Assembly (NCBI GenBank): GCA_951406725.2
Contig: OX597824.1
Location: 61,814,001-61,878,000 of the forward strand
Direction: 5' to 3'
Origin: Octopus vulgaris
Taxonomy: Eukaryota
Length of the DNA: 64,000 nucleotides
In this document: in pieces, positions 1-14,159 of the stretch
How positions within the stretch are numbered: the first letter of the stretch is position 1
Layout: every line of letters begins with the position of its first letter
Position numbers and translations under genes: made by a program
The notes under the pieces: model-generated
Told to the model about the DNA's origin: nothing
The model's database searches: none
What the model saw: the letters and a program-made list of their open reading frames with translations, nothing else

Positions 1-1043
1 TTTGATTGTTTTACATACAGTGGCTGTTCTACATATATTGGCTTGCCGTATATAAACTAATTTAATGTGATGTATGAAATATTGCTCCAGGAATTTAATA
101 AGATATGAGATACCTCGCATAAAACACAAAAGAATATTATCGGTAAGACTCAAACAAAATCTAGTCGAAAATCCTGTGAACTGAAAAACGTAGAAAAAAG
201 CAAGACGAGAAAATTGCATGGTTAATCAATTATGTGAAAGAAAACGGTATAATCAAGAAAACCTCTGCAATGTGGATTATAAAAAAGTGAGGCCAGTGAT
301 GCTTTCTATTTGTTATGCGGTTGTATTTGTGTGTGATGTATGCGCGCACAATAATTATTTATGCGGAACTAACCCAAATTTATTCACTGTGACCTTCAGC
401 AAAATGATGGGGAACACAAAGGGAGACATACAATCTGATATCAATGTGTATTTAATATTTATACTTTATAATCTCCTTTTTTCTCTCCAGGGAACGTATA
501 ATTTGACGTCTATGTTATCTGAAAGTCTATAACTAATCAAACATCGAAAAATACAAAACGAATGAAATAAGCAAATACACTATAGCGCTAAAAGTTATGT
601 GAACTTTATATTAGCGGTGAATCGTATGAATTGTATTTATTAAACATGAAAACATCTATAGTATTTCACATTCATTGTGCATATAGACTTAGTGGAACTA
701 TATCCCGTTCCTTTGTTAGAGTTTTTCTTAAATATTTGTTTTCTTCATTGGCAACATCCATGATTAAGGATATCGTACTATTTCAAAGAGCGAATTTACA
801 AAATTTATTGATTATTCTCCAACAGTTATTCGTGGGAGCTTTCGGCGGTTCAGGCCTGTTGGAGAAAGTTTATATTTCTGTCGCATGCACACATGCATAT
901 TTTCAAACAACTACACGCCCCACCACATATATATGAATCTACATATGTAAAGATGCATATACATACATACACACACACATCCATACTTATATATACAGAG
1001 ATACACATAGATAGATACATAGATAGAGATACACACAGACACA

Positions 1044-2075
<1,032 letters not shown>

Positions 2076-2123
2076 TGCATATGTATATATATGTATATAT
2101 ATATATATATATGTATATATATG

Positions 2124-2192
<69 letters not shown>

Positions 2193-2193
2193 G

Positions 2194-2243
<50 letters not shown>

Positions 2244-2329
2244 TACATACACATTAATATGTAAATATATTTACATAAGTATAGTGTAAAGTTGCAATAA
2301 AACGATTTTCCACGTGATGAATTGTAACT

Positions 2330-3415
2330 GAAAAATATTACAAAAAAACTAATAAGCCTCATCACCCAAACTTACAGTATTCATCTATTTTTCAAAATAT
2401 TCAGTTCATGACACCGTACGCGTTTGCTCACTTGAATGCCCCCGCGACATTCTAAAACGAACATAAAGTGAGAGAAAAAAATTGAAATTTAATTAAGTAT
2501 TATTACCATTTTTAAAAATAACAACAATAATAAAGTGCCCAGCAAGTTTAACCTAAATAGGCAAAATATACAAATAAATTAGGGTAGCGAAATACCAGCT
2601 TGTTCGTTTTTGAACGTCTTCGGGGCCTTCAAGTGAACAAACGTGCGTGTTTTAATGACATGATTTATTTGAAAAACAGATTAATACAGTAAGCTTGTTT
2701 GATAATCCTTGTGCTAACGCACAAAAGGTGAAGTAATTTGATACCAACATATCTGTTCTTGCTTTGTGGTTTATGCATAGGTAAGGTATATTCTTATTAT
2801 ATTCGTTACATTTGCCGTGCGTATTTCTTAATAGTGAGGAATTTATGGCTTTGGAGTGTTGACTCCTATTTCTAGCTAACTTGTATTTCGGTACTCTAAT
2901 TTATTTGTACAATTTGCTTATTTTGGTTAAACTTGCCGACCGCTTTATTATTATTACTGTCATTTTTAATAATGGTAATAATACTTTATTAAATTTCAAT
3001 TTTTTTCTTACTTTATGTTCGTTTTTGAATGTCACGAGAACATTCAAGTGAACGCACGGTGTAAAGAAATGAATAATTTGAAAAACAGATGAATACAGTA
3101 AGCTTGGCTGATGATCCTTAAGTGCTAACGCAAAAAAGGTGGAATCGATAGATAATAAAAGACTGTTCTTGCTTTGTAGCTTATGCAAAGGTAAGGTTCA
3201 TTTTTATTATATTTATTATATCTCTTGCATTCAACGTGCGTAATTCTTAATATTGACAAATATGTGACTTTGAAGTGCTGACTCTTATTTCTAGCAAGCT
3301 GGTAATTCGGTACCTAATTTATTTGTATATTTTGCCTATTTAGGTTAAACTTGCCCGTCACTTTATTATTATTGTTATTTTTGATAATGTTAACAAGAAT
3401 TTATTAATTTATATA
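2330..3415. repeat. ~420-bp diverged repeat unit: one inverted partial copy followed by two tandem copies
   Basis: ~2600-3017 aligns with ~3018-3415; ~2360-2600 is the reverse complement of parts of these units; ends in TA. Confidence 0.7.
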
Positions 3416-4799
3416 TATATAAAACATGTATGTGCGGTGCACATAAATACATTCACATATATATTTGTGGTTGAGGTCTACAGAAATAGTAAATGGTGTT
3501 CTTAAAAAGCAAATTTATTGCTTTACGTACAATTCAATCGGACATAACTTCTTAAAAATTCGTTCTGCTCTTAATTAACTTCTCCCTTTATTTATTTTTC
3601 CGATTTCAAGAACGCATTCTTGAAATTCATTGTAACATTTCAACTTGTATTCGCAAGTAGAAATTAGGTTTGTATTTTTTTATTATTATTTGTTAAGGTC
3701 AATACTTTGATGTTGCCTACTATACATCAATCACATTGCTTTATCTGTGAACAGAAATTCACAGTAAGACGTAGGTAGTCTTGTCCTAATCACTGTTTCG
3801 CAGATTTGTTTTGATCGATCGCTGTAGAATTTTCTTTGTAACAGCGAAAGTTTTCCTTGGTTGTTATTTTCGGAAATCTAAAAGAGGCTTATGCCATCGA
3901 TATGTAAGAACCGATTGTTTTCATCCAAAGGTTAATTTGGCGATGTTGTTGTGAATTGTTTATACGTGGAACAGGCAAGGGCTGTGTTTGAAGAACTATT
4001 GCTCGCTTTTATTTTCGCTTCTGTTTATAATATATCCGTGATCTTTCAAATAAATTAAACGTCTTATAGAACGAGTAAATAATTTCTGAAGCTTGCAGCC
4101 ACTGTGGAATTGTATGATAATGAATGACAAATTATTTTGCTTGGTTTCCATAGAACTTCTAGCTGAATTGTGGATTAAATCAGTGAGTAGATTTTTTTTA
4201 TTATTATTAGTGTGTTGGTTTATGAAATACTGTTTCCCATTCTGGCATAAAATGCATCACTTTGGGATGATTTCAAACCAACGTAGACAATGTGTTACTC
4301 GTAGCCAGTACAATCTGCTTTTAACAGATGTGTTTCGATTGTTGCAGTATTTTCTTCGCAACAACGCTTACACTGGTTGTTCATTGTCCTATCTAAATTC
4401 GTAGATACTACACTATTGAATATTGGCAGATGCTATGTGATTTTTTTTTTTAATTTTGAAGTTCCGTGTTTCGTAGGATGAAACAAGTTCAAGCTACTGA
4501 GTGACGTTTGGTCGACGCAAACTATAACTGTCGTTATAGGAAAACATGGACTTTAACGCACGTGGATATACGCAGGATTGCACATAAAGTCTTATACTCA
4601 TGGATTGCTCCTAAGGTCTCATGGTCTGATTTCTATAACTTTGCAAAGTTGAACTATGAACGTTTATGCTTCTTTTTCCTTCTCTCCCTCCATTTAAAAA
4701 AAATTATTTTACTCCCTTCCTCTATGTTATCATCTTATTGATATATATATATATATATATATATATACCATTCTCATTTTCCTATCCCCACCACTATTT

Positions 4800-4855
4800 G
4801 TCTCTGATGACGGAATGTCCCATACGCAGGGATATCCCAGAAACAGCTGTAAGAT
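4800..4855 (+). ncRNA. type I hammerhead ribozyme
   Basis: tct-CTGATGA-cggaatgtccc..gggatatccca-GAAA-cagctg-TA-aga; palindromic stem III, GUA site; (TA)n ~75 nt downstream. Confidence 0.75.
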
Positions 4856-4923
4856 TTTGAATTTCTTCCTATAAAAATATTGTATATGACTTGAGATATG
4901 ACTTGAAATGTTTGACGTCCTGT

Positions 4924-4972
<49 letters not shown>

Positions 4973-6970
4973 AGTGAGTGTTCGCGCGCGCGCGCGTGTA
5001 GATAGATAATACAATCATATAGATAGATGGAGAGAGACAGTAAGAGAACAATGAGTGTTCCAGAACATCATCGAAACTGAATTTTGGATTTAATAAATTA
5101 TTTCTACTTCCAGAATTCGCTTGATGGTAAATTAGATCAATTCCTGGAAAAAAAGAAAAAGAAAACAGGCAATCTCTGAAACTAGCGTGCTATTAAATAA
5201 AAACCGATCGTATCGCGTTGAGACAAGAGGGCAGATGGGAATGTATTTCTACCTTAATAAACCTAATCAGCTTATCAGTTGTTCTATTTTATTTCCAGCA
5301 GTACAAGATACTCGGACATATAAAAGATCACAACACACACATACTCATGCACACACACTTCCATACATACACAGACACACACAGAGACGCACAAGTACAC
5401 ACACATGCTTATTCAGATAGCACACAAACACAGGCATACACAGATACACACACGGACAAACACACACACACACACACTCGTATATATGTTGAACAAATGT
5501 ATTCTGAAAGTTATTCCACCTATGTTATATACATCCACTCCCTTCCTTTATTTCACCTTACTAAATATTCAGATACATTCAACATACTTATAATGCATTA
5601 CGTTATCTTCTGTCAGTGTGAATGTATGTAAAAAAACTAAAAAAACTATAAGAGTTTTAGGAATAGTGAAAAATCGATATAGAAAATCGTTTAAATATTG
5701 GTAGATAACAACGTAATTATTTAGCAAATAAAATCAGTATTTATGCATTTATTCATATTTTAGTTACACGATGATGAGAAGTGCCCCTCATCTAGTTGCA
5801 AGATCTTCAAGACTTGAAGGGGTTAAATATTCTCGGGCGGATGTGTTCCAGAGTTTTGTAAACAAGTGCGAGGTTCTGGGTGACGAATCACATCCAACCC
5901 AATCACTAATAATCACACTACGTGAATATTTACAGTGATTTTACACTAGGCTGTTTTTTCTTCGTCAGCATTTATGAATTTTCAAATTAAAAATTTACAT
6001 TTTAGTTTGAAATTTCAATTTGCTAAATATAATATCTTTTCATAAAGCAAAATCAAAAACTATATTAAGAAAGAAAAGAATAGTAGAGATTGCTTTAAAT
6101 ACAAAGTTCTAACATAAACTGCAATTTATAAAGTTTCAAATGGAATTGAAAATAGATGATATGTATAAAAGTTTTTCATTAATATTGAAAGGAATGTAAA
6201 TGAATGTGTATGTATGTGTGCGTGCGTATGTAATTTGGTTACAACGAAGAAATAACAAACGAATGATATTTATAACTTTTATATACAATTTTAGATGAAA
6301 TTATGAAAATATTCATAAAGCATATACCTAACAATGTAAAAGATTATCAATAGAAGACACATACAGAGTAAAAATAACCTATTGCGACAAAGATTCATCA
6401 AAACAAGTTCTAACAGTAACTAAACATTGAAATACAACCTATTCATGGATGCAAACATGCGTGCATGCGTATGTGGTTGAGAAGTCGGTTTCAGAAAATC
6501 TTGGATTCCCGATTCCGAGTAGGTTTGACTCTACTGCACGTGGAATGACAATTATCGTTGCAAAAATATCATACAGCAAATTGAATCTTTGCATTATATC
6601 CAGGTTAAAGAACAAAGTACTGTTGCTGATGCATATTATCCTATCGCTACAATACCGACAAAGAACCCTGATAACCTTACATGAGTTTGACAAGAAAGAC
6701 ATCCAGGGGAATTAGATTTCTTTAACATATTGTACAGTGTAGCTCCACTCGTCTAATGAGGTGGACGTGTCCCACACCTACAAAACATAGAATAATATCT
6801 GCGTGATCTAGCAGAAAACCGTATCAGCCTCTTATTAAATGCATATAACATCAATCAAAGCCGTTCTTACGCTTATTCATATGTGAGCACAGACACACAC
6901 ATGTATGTATATATATATACACATGTGTGTGTATGTATGTATGTACACACACACATATATATGCATACAT

Positions 6971-7007
<37 letters not shown>

Positions 7008-7706
7008 CACATATGAGAAAATGATATGAAAAAGGAATAAACGATTATCTTATGAACTTCATTTGCTCACACCTGTCTCTATGATGCACTGGATTCATAG
7101 TTGAATGCTTATGGAGCACCTTATAGCTACACCGGAGCCTCGAATATGAATTGCACTTTATATTTGCCGCTCCTCTGAAGCTATATGATATTACTCTGAA
7201 GCTATATGATATATGATATTAATCAAGGTGTCGACTGAGTCCACTGCATGTTATTGCAGAAGCAGCTGTAAGCGAATGGAGTTCATAAAATAATTGTTTA
7301 TTCATTTGTCATCTTATTTTCCTCTTACCGATCTGTATTCAACGCTTCGTTCTGAAGCATATGTGTATATACACGTATTTGTATGTATGTATGTATGTAT
7401 ATATATATCAAAGGTAAAAAAACCTAACAAACGGAAATCGTCAAAACATAACAAGCAGCGAAAGGACGAGAGCACACCAGCGGCAACCAGGACAAAACAA
7501 GATACACGGATCACTCGGAATTTGGAATGTCAACGTAGTTTCCCCAAATCCTCTCCGATATCATTCTCAACCAGTTGGGCCAAGGGCTTAAGCTGAAGGC
7601 ATTAAGCCCTTGTGCAAGGGAAACGAATGAAGTAACCAACAGAAAGGGTCTTTCGACTATCGTATGAACGTAACATAAATAGAGTTCGATTCCAAGCAGT
7701 GACCTC

Positions 7707-7752
<46 letters not shown>

Positions 7753-7754
<2 letters not shown>

Positions 7755-8835
7755 GCAACATTGAAAAGAAGAAAACTAGTCAAGAGTAGTAACATCACAC
7801 TAGATAAAGCCAACGAAATAAGAGACTTAGACCAAAGCCAGACATACAACTATGTAGGAATTAATGAACTAGATACGATACAACACACACACACAAATGA
7901 AAGCGAGAATAAAGAATACTATAGATGAGTTAGCTCAATACTGAAAGCAGAGCTCAATGCGAAAAATAAGATAATAGGTATTAACATTTTAGCCGTCGCA
8001 GTTATAAGTTACAGCTGCAATAAATGAACTAACAAAAATAGACAGGAAAACAAGAAAAATAATGACAGGATCTAGGATGCACCACACATAATCTGACATA
8101 GAAAGGCTATATATACAACGTAAAGAAGGTGTAAAACTATTATAAAATAACCACCATAGGACTGCAAAAATACCTACTTCAGAAGCAAGGAAAACTAATA
8201 CAAATAGCCACAAAACACGACCAAAACAAAAAACTGTTTTCAGTATTTAAAGTAGTGGACAAGAAGGAATATATTCACTGACACGACAGACTTGGGACCT
8301 ACATAAACTATAAGCTATGCCAGCAATATGGAATAACAAGAGAAAAAAGATGGTATAAGCACACGCCAGAAAAAGGTCACAGAAAACGAGAAAGCATACT
8401 CTGGGATATGGTAATACACACAGATAGAGAAATTAAGGCCAACAGACCAGATACAGTTGTGAGAAATCATAAAGAAAAACATGCTTTCTAATTGATGTAT
8501 CAATACCAGCAGATGACAACCTTTTTCTAAAAGAAATGGAAAAACTTTCAAAATACAAAGACCTGGAAATAGACGTAACTAGAATGTGGAATCTAAAACC
8601 AGAAACAATTCCTATCATAGTAGGCGCATTAGGTAAGATAAAAAAATATTCAAATACATAACCAGGACTTACAAATATATATAACACACAGAAAATTGCA
8701 CTACTGAGCACTGCACACATCATACGCAAAACACTTTCAATACAGTAACTGTAGGAACATCACAGCAAACCACAGCACATACCCAAGACACACAGAGCTG
8801 CGCTCGGTAATGAAGTGAAAGCACGTTATAAACAA
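7753..8835 (+). mobile_element. R4/Dong-like non-LTR retrotransposon, degenerate 3' fragment
   Basis: Frameshifted translation gives ILKAELNAKNKI, IDRKTRKIMT, HTDREIKANRPD, LIDVSIP, KYKDLEI, IPIIVGALG (post-RT region and restriction-like endonuclease); flanked by (AAT)n at 7707-7752 and ~8836-8850. Confidence 0.8.
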
Positions 8836-9064
8836 AATAATAATAATAACATATTAACGTGAAAAGTGGGCAGAAATTCCACAAGAGACAATCACAAAGC
8901 TCATCTGTTCAATGCCAAAAAGACTTTGAATTAAAGACTGCAAACGTAACGTCAACTAAATACTAAAGTATGTAGTCCTACCTATCGATTACATTCCAAT
9001 TGTTCGCTTTGCGCATTAAATAAAATATTTTGAAAATTAAAGGTGTCTATTTACTTCCTATATG

Positions 9065-9102
<38 letters not shown>

Positions 9103-9122
9103 TAATTTTATTTTATAGAAGG

Positions 9123-9173
9123 AGCTTCTACAGGACTAGAACTGTTTCATTCAAAAGAAATCATCAGGAAGCT
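9123..9173 (-). ncRNA. type I hammerhead ribozyme in pseudo-LTR fragment (~9100-9295)
   Basis: Reverse complement: agcttc-CTGATGA-tttcttttgaat-GAAA-cagttctagtcctg-TA-gaagct; homologous to 16111-16161. Confidence 0.8.
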
Positions 9174-9296
9174 AGTAGACAAAAGTTGTTTTGGCATTTA
9201 TACATTTAGGCAGGTTTAAATGGGTGGTGGTGGGGGACTTTTTTGGGGGGTAGGCATGGCGCAAAACTGTCATTATAAGGGGAGTGGTCAAAGGAA

Positions 9297-9526
9297 TCGT
9301 TGGTAAGCCTAGTACTTATTCTGTCGGTCTCTTTTGCCAAACCGCTAATTTACATGGACGTAAAAACACCAACATCTGTTGTCGAGCGATGGTGAGGGGA
9401 CAAACAGACAGACGCACACACACACACATACACCGCACTTCTTTCAGTTTTCGTCTACCAAATTCACTCACAAGGTGTTGGTCGGCCCGGGGAATGAAAC
9501 CGGATCCATGTGGCTGGAAAGCAAGT

Positions 9527-9530
<4 letters not shown>
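9297..9530 (-). mobile_element. SINE fragment(s)
   Basis: 9440-9528 is the reverse complement of the SINE family at 54680-54840. Confidence 0.65.
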
Positions 9531-9562
<32 letters not shown>

Positions 9563-9762
9563 GCAATAATAATTCTCTAAAAGAGATATAGACAGTAACT
9601 GCTCGATAACATAAGGGACTAAAGCCATCTGAATATGGCTAGGGACAGGGCAGGGTGGTGGGGGTGTTACTGTTGCATTTAGCCCCAGGCGAACATCGAC
9701 GTCACCAGAAAGGCTCGACACCGTCACGAAAATAGTAATGCAATACGAGAGTATTGCTTTCC

Positions 9763-10089
9763 AGTAAAGATGCGTGTGTGCAACAAACATGAAAAAAATT
9801 GTCTTACCTCTAGGAAGAACATCTGAAAAATGAAAAACCTAGATAACGGATAATGCAGTACCGGTTTCGGATTTTTCAAAATACGCTTGCCAAACGTATA
9901 TTTGATTTATCTTCATCAGCTGCATAAACCTCGACATTATTTCAAATGTTGCCACATCTATGCCAGTACACATAGTAATGCAATACGAGACTACTGCATT
10001 ATCCGTTATCTAGGTTTTTCATTTTTCAGATGTTCTTCCTAGAGGTAAGACAATTTTTTTCATGTTTGTTGCACACACGCATCTTTACT
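9763..10089. repeat. 98-bp inverted repeat (9763-9860 / 9992-10089), pseudo-LTR fold-back
   Basis: Arms read as exact reverse complements; the HHR overlaps the inner end of the left arm. Confidence 0.9.
9853..9925 (-). ncRNA. type I hammerhead ribozyme
   Basis: Reverse complement: atgcag-CTGATGA-[extended stem II]-GAAA-ccgg-TA-ctgcat. Confidence 0.8.
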
Positions 10090-10271
10090 AGTACATACAC
10101 AATGAAGCTATACATTAGCGTTCGCCGTTTTCCAGTAAATATCGGTGCTTCGTTGTACCATTTATTTACTTTTATGTATATATATATATATCCTTAAATC
10201 CTTAAATCCTTGAAAATGTTTTAGCCCGAAGGCCGCGGCCATGCTGGGGCACCACCACTGAATGAGCTACA

Positions 10272-13200
10272 CTAATATGTGAATCCACCTCTGATACGTG
10301 GCACTTGATCAACAAGGGAGTTCGATGCTGCTGCCCGCATCTGCGTCTCCTGTCGTGAGGTAGGTTCATCTGGGACTACCGACAAGAAGAGTTCCAGTTT
10401 AGTTTTAAAGAAACCCACATCCACACCACGTAAGTCTCTCAGGCAGTTAGGGAGGATGTTAAAGAGCTGTGGTCCTCTGAAACCCAGGGCTGTTGAAGTA
10501 TCTGGACCTGTATTTTGATGGTGATGTTGGAATCTTTGGCACCATGCAGTGGCGCCCCGTTCTGCGGTTGGGGTAACTTTGAATGCCAAAGTTTGGGACA
10601 AGACCCTCCAGGATTTTCCAGATGTATATCACCGCATATCTCTCCCGCCTCCGCTCTAGGAAGAAGAGGTTTAATACTTTCAGTCTTTCCCAGTAGCTGA
10701 TATTTTGCATTGAGACGATTTTCTTTGTGTAGCTTCTCTGAATTGCTTCGAGTTCTGCTGTTAGTTTTATATTGTGTGGTGACCATAGTTGGGAGCAGTA
10801 GTCCAAGCGGCTGAGGACGAATGTTTTCCATAAGACCATCAGTGTCTCCTTCTCTCTTGTTCTGAAAGTTCGGAGAATCCATCCAGCTAGCCGTCTGCAT
10901 TTTATCACCAGATCAGTAATATGCACTTGGAAAGATGCATCATTGCTCATGTCAATGCCCAGGTCACGCACTGATTTTGATTCAGGGATTGCAATTCTTC
11001 CTGGGCCAGTGTATCCAGTCTGCACGTCGTTTACCTTTGTGTGCCGGTAGCGCAGGGCCTGGAACTTACCTGCATTAAACTGTATGTTGTTGTCCTCAGC
11101 CCACCTGTATATTGTGTCCAACTCATGTTGCAGATGCGCAATATTTTCAGGGTTTTGTATTGTGTGGGAGAGTTTTGTGTCATCTGCATAGCTAGCAAGG
11201 GTGGTCATCGTAGCAACTGAAGGCATGTCTGAAAGGGCCACTATGAACATCAGTGGCCCCAAGACAGTGCCCTGTGGGACACCGCTTGTTATTTGTGTTT
11301 CCTTGGAGGTGGCTCCATTGCTCACAACTGCCTGTTTTCTGTCTTTTAGGAAGTTGTGCAGCCACTCTCCAAGTTTTCCGCCTATGTCGAGACCACGCAA
11401 TTTGTGACAGATCATACCATGGTCGACTTTATTAAAGGCTTTTGCAAAGTCGAGATATATTACATCCACATTTGAGCCATTTAGTAGCTGTTTCAACACC
11501 CAGCCATAGTTTTGCAGGAGCTGTGTTAGGCAGCTTCTACCTGGTCGAAATCCATGCTGGTTGTCAGACAGCAAGTCATTTTCTTCAAGGAACATGATTA
11601 GTTTCTTACGGACTATTCGTTCCATGACTTTGCTGATGTGTGAGGTAAGAGAGATAGGCCTATAACATTTAGCATCTGCTCTGCTACCTCCCTTATGGAT
11701 AGGGCATAATACCTCCTCTCTCAATTTGACTGGGAGCATACCACTTGCAAGAAAGCTCTGAAAAAGAAGCTGTAGCGGTTTTGCAAGGGCTCGTTTGCAC
11801 GATTTGAGAAGGATCGCTGGGAATCCATCAGGTCCAGCAGCTGACTTTGTGTCAATCTCATCTATGGCTAGTGTGATATCATCATCTTCGATGTTGATGT
11901 ACTCAATGTTTGCCTCTTTGGCCGCAGGTAAAGTGGCAAATAATTCTTCTGGGTTGTTTACTTGCCTGTGTCCTAGAGGTGTAGTGAACACACTTTGGAA
12001 TTGTTCGTTCAGTATTTCACTTATCCTAGTGGGATTTCCTCTGAGAGAGCCATCTGTTTGGCAGAGAGGTCCTATTCTCTGGTGCACTGTTGCTGTCTCT
12101 TTGGCAAACTTAAAGAAAGCTTTAGGGTTTGATTTTATATTTTATATTACCCAGGTTTCTTTATCTGCTCTCTCCTTTTCATGGGACTGATGCAGACTTT
12201 TCTCAATTTCCATTAGCATTCTCTCGAGCCGAGACTTCTCACCACTTTTGGTGTGCTTGCTCAGGCGGTTCGCAATCCTTGTTCGTCGTCTCATAAGAAT
12301 CTTCCTTTCTCTAGGGGTCCTGTTTTTGTTTTTGTGTGAGCTGGCCCTGCACACTGGGACATATTTGTCACATATGGCTTGTATTATGGACATGAAGTGT
12401 TTGTGTTTCATGTTAATGTCCGGTGTGGAGAGACATTTAGGCCAATCCTGTTTGAGGATCTCTTTCTCAATCAACTTCCAGTTTGCTTTATGAAAGTTTA
12501 AGTTGGAGAGATGGTGGATGCTTCGTATAGGCTGTGTGTCTATGGGGGCCTTTGTTCCATACATAGACAGCTCTATTATGTTGTGATCCGAGATCATTGT
12601 TGGCATCACATTAACATTATGGATAATATCCATATTGTTTGTGAAGCAGAGATCCAGTATATTATCTGCCCTTGTTGGTTGCAGAACTATTTGCTCCATG
12701 AAAGAGGCATTTGTGAGATGGAACAGGGACTATGCCTGTGCCTGCTGATGGTGTGTCATCCCTGAGAGCATCTGCCCCCAGGCCATTCCACATTGGGGAA
12801 GTTAAAGTCACCCATGAAGAATACACTGTTGTGTTGTTCAAGGTTGGTGAGGACTTCTCCTATTTTTGTTAGGCAGTCTTCAAATATGCCTGTGTGATTT
12901 GGGGCATCTGGTGGGCGATATGTAGTGCATATGACGATATTCAGTTGTCTTATGTGTACAATTTGAATTTCACACACTGAGTTTGAATATGACAACAGGA
13001 CCTGGGGTGGGAGGTTATCTCGGATGTACATTGCAATGCCACCATGGCTCCTCCCTTTTCTATCTATACGTATGACTGCATAATGCGGCATGTGTATTTC
13101 TGCATCACCTATATCGGGTTCAAGATACGTTTCTGTGAGTGCCATGCATATAGCTTGATTGCATGTCACAAGGTCTCTCAGGAATGAGATTTTCCTTTTA

Positions 13201-13376
13201 CAGTTTCCGCGCAGCAGCCCTCCTACGTTCAGTAGAAATATTTTTGTGGTGTGTGTGTTGGCGTTGGTGTCTGTGGTGGCCATCCTGCATCTGTTGGTGG
13301 TGGCCTTATGTGGTGGTAGTTCTAGCTTTGCGCTTGTAGCCAGGTCAGCTGCTGAACAATTTTTTGTGCCATGCAC
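10272..13376 (-). pseudogene. LINE ORF2 (APE endonuclease + reverse transcriptase) split into four ORFs
   Basis: ORFs 12756-13376, 12142-12699, 10459-12087 (YRPISLTS, QHGFRPGRSC, DFAKAF, GVPQGTVLGP, YADD) and 10272-10601 (GPQLFN, VPDEP). Confidence 0.92.
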
Positions 13377-13379
13377 AAA

Positions 13380-14132
13380 AAAGGTTGCTGTTCAGCTGAT
13401 GCCCTTCTCACATCTGGATGAAGCTGGCCATTTGTTGGGTTACCGCGCACCACATCCGCATATCGTCTTTCAGGAGTGGTCAGCGCGCTTTTTTTCCTTC
13501 TTTTATATTTTTGTTTTTGTTTTTCTTTTTGTTCTCCCCAAGGGAGGGACCCCTGTCTCGCGTCCGTGCGATTTTGGTAGGGCCTCTGATGTGCAAAGCG
13601 ACAGTTCGCACCTTCGACGCCGTACCAGCAGTCCCCCTTCAGGTAGAATTTGCAAATGTTTCTTTCTTTGCCTTATAGTTCTTGCTGGGGTTTTTTTGTT
13701 TTCTCTCAACAGGGTTTGTTTTAGCTTTGATTTTCTTGCTTTTTACCTCCTGTTTCCCAAGAATTTTAGGGTGATTTTCTTTTCTTGTGGCCATCGCACC
13801 TCTTTGGTCTTCAGTTGTGGTGTTGGGAGCTGGACATGTGTCATTGTTTCCCTGTGTTCTAGGTTTCTCGGTTTTGTCTTTTGTTGGGTCCTGGATGTTT
13901 TCTTCATCCTTTTGGCCTACCCGAGGATGATGTCCAGAGTGTCTACATGTTTCCTGATTAGAGCGTATGAACGGATAAATTCTCGTTTCTTTCGCTCTAT
14001 CTGGGCGGTGGTTCTTAAAAAATCATTGCTCTTCAGCGCCGCTGCAATGATATTGTTCGGCGAGTCGTCCTCGGCAATCTTTCAAGCGCGGACGAAAAAT
14101 TGCAACTCCCTCGCAGACCAGTTTCTTGGCAT
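13380..14132 (-). pseudogene. LINE ORF1 remnant with CCCH zinc finger
   Basis: 13589-13654 translates CKFYLKGDCWYGVEGANCRFAH; located directly upstream of ORF2; contains stops. Confidence 0.65.
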
Positions 14133-14159
14133 TTTCGCCCGAGATACAGTGAGAGTGAA

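Noticed and set aside
3700-4404. Possible degenerate coding sequence, including ORF 4093-4404
   Set aside because: No recognisable motif in the frames I could read
7168-7274. HHR-like relic (cgct..CTGAAGC..GAAG-cagctg-TA-agcg)
   Set aside because: Several core substitutions and stem I out of register; at most a dead copy
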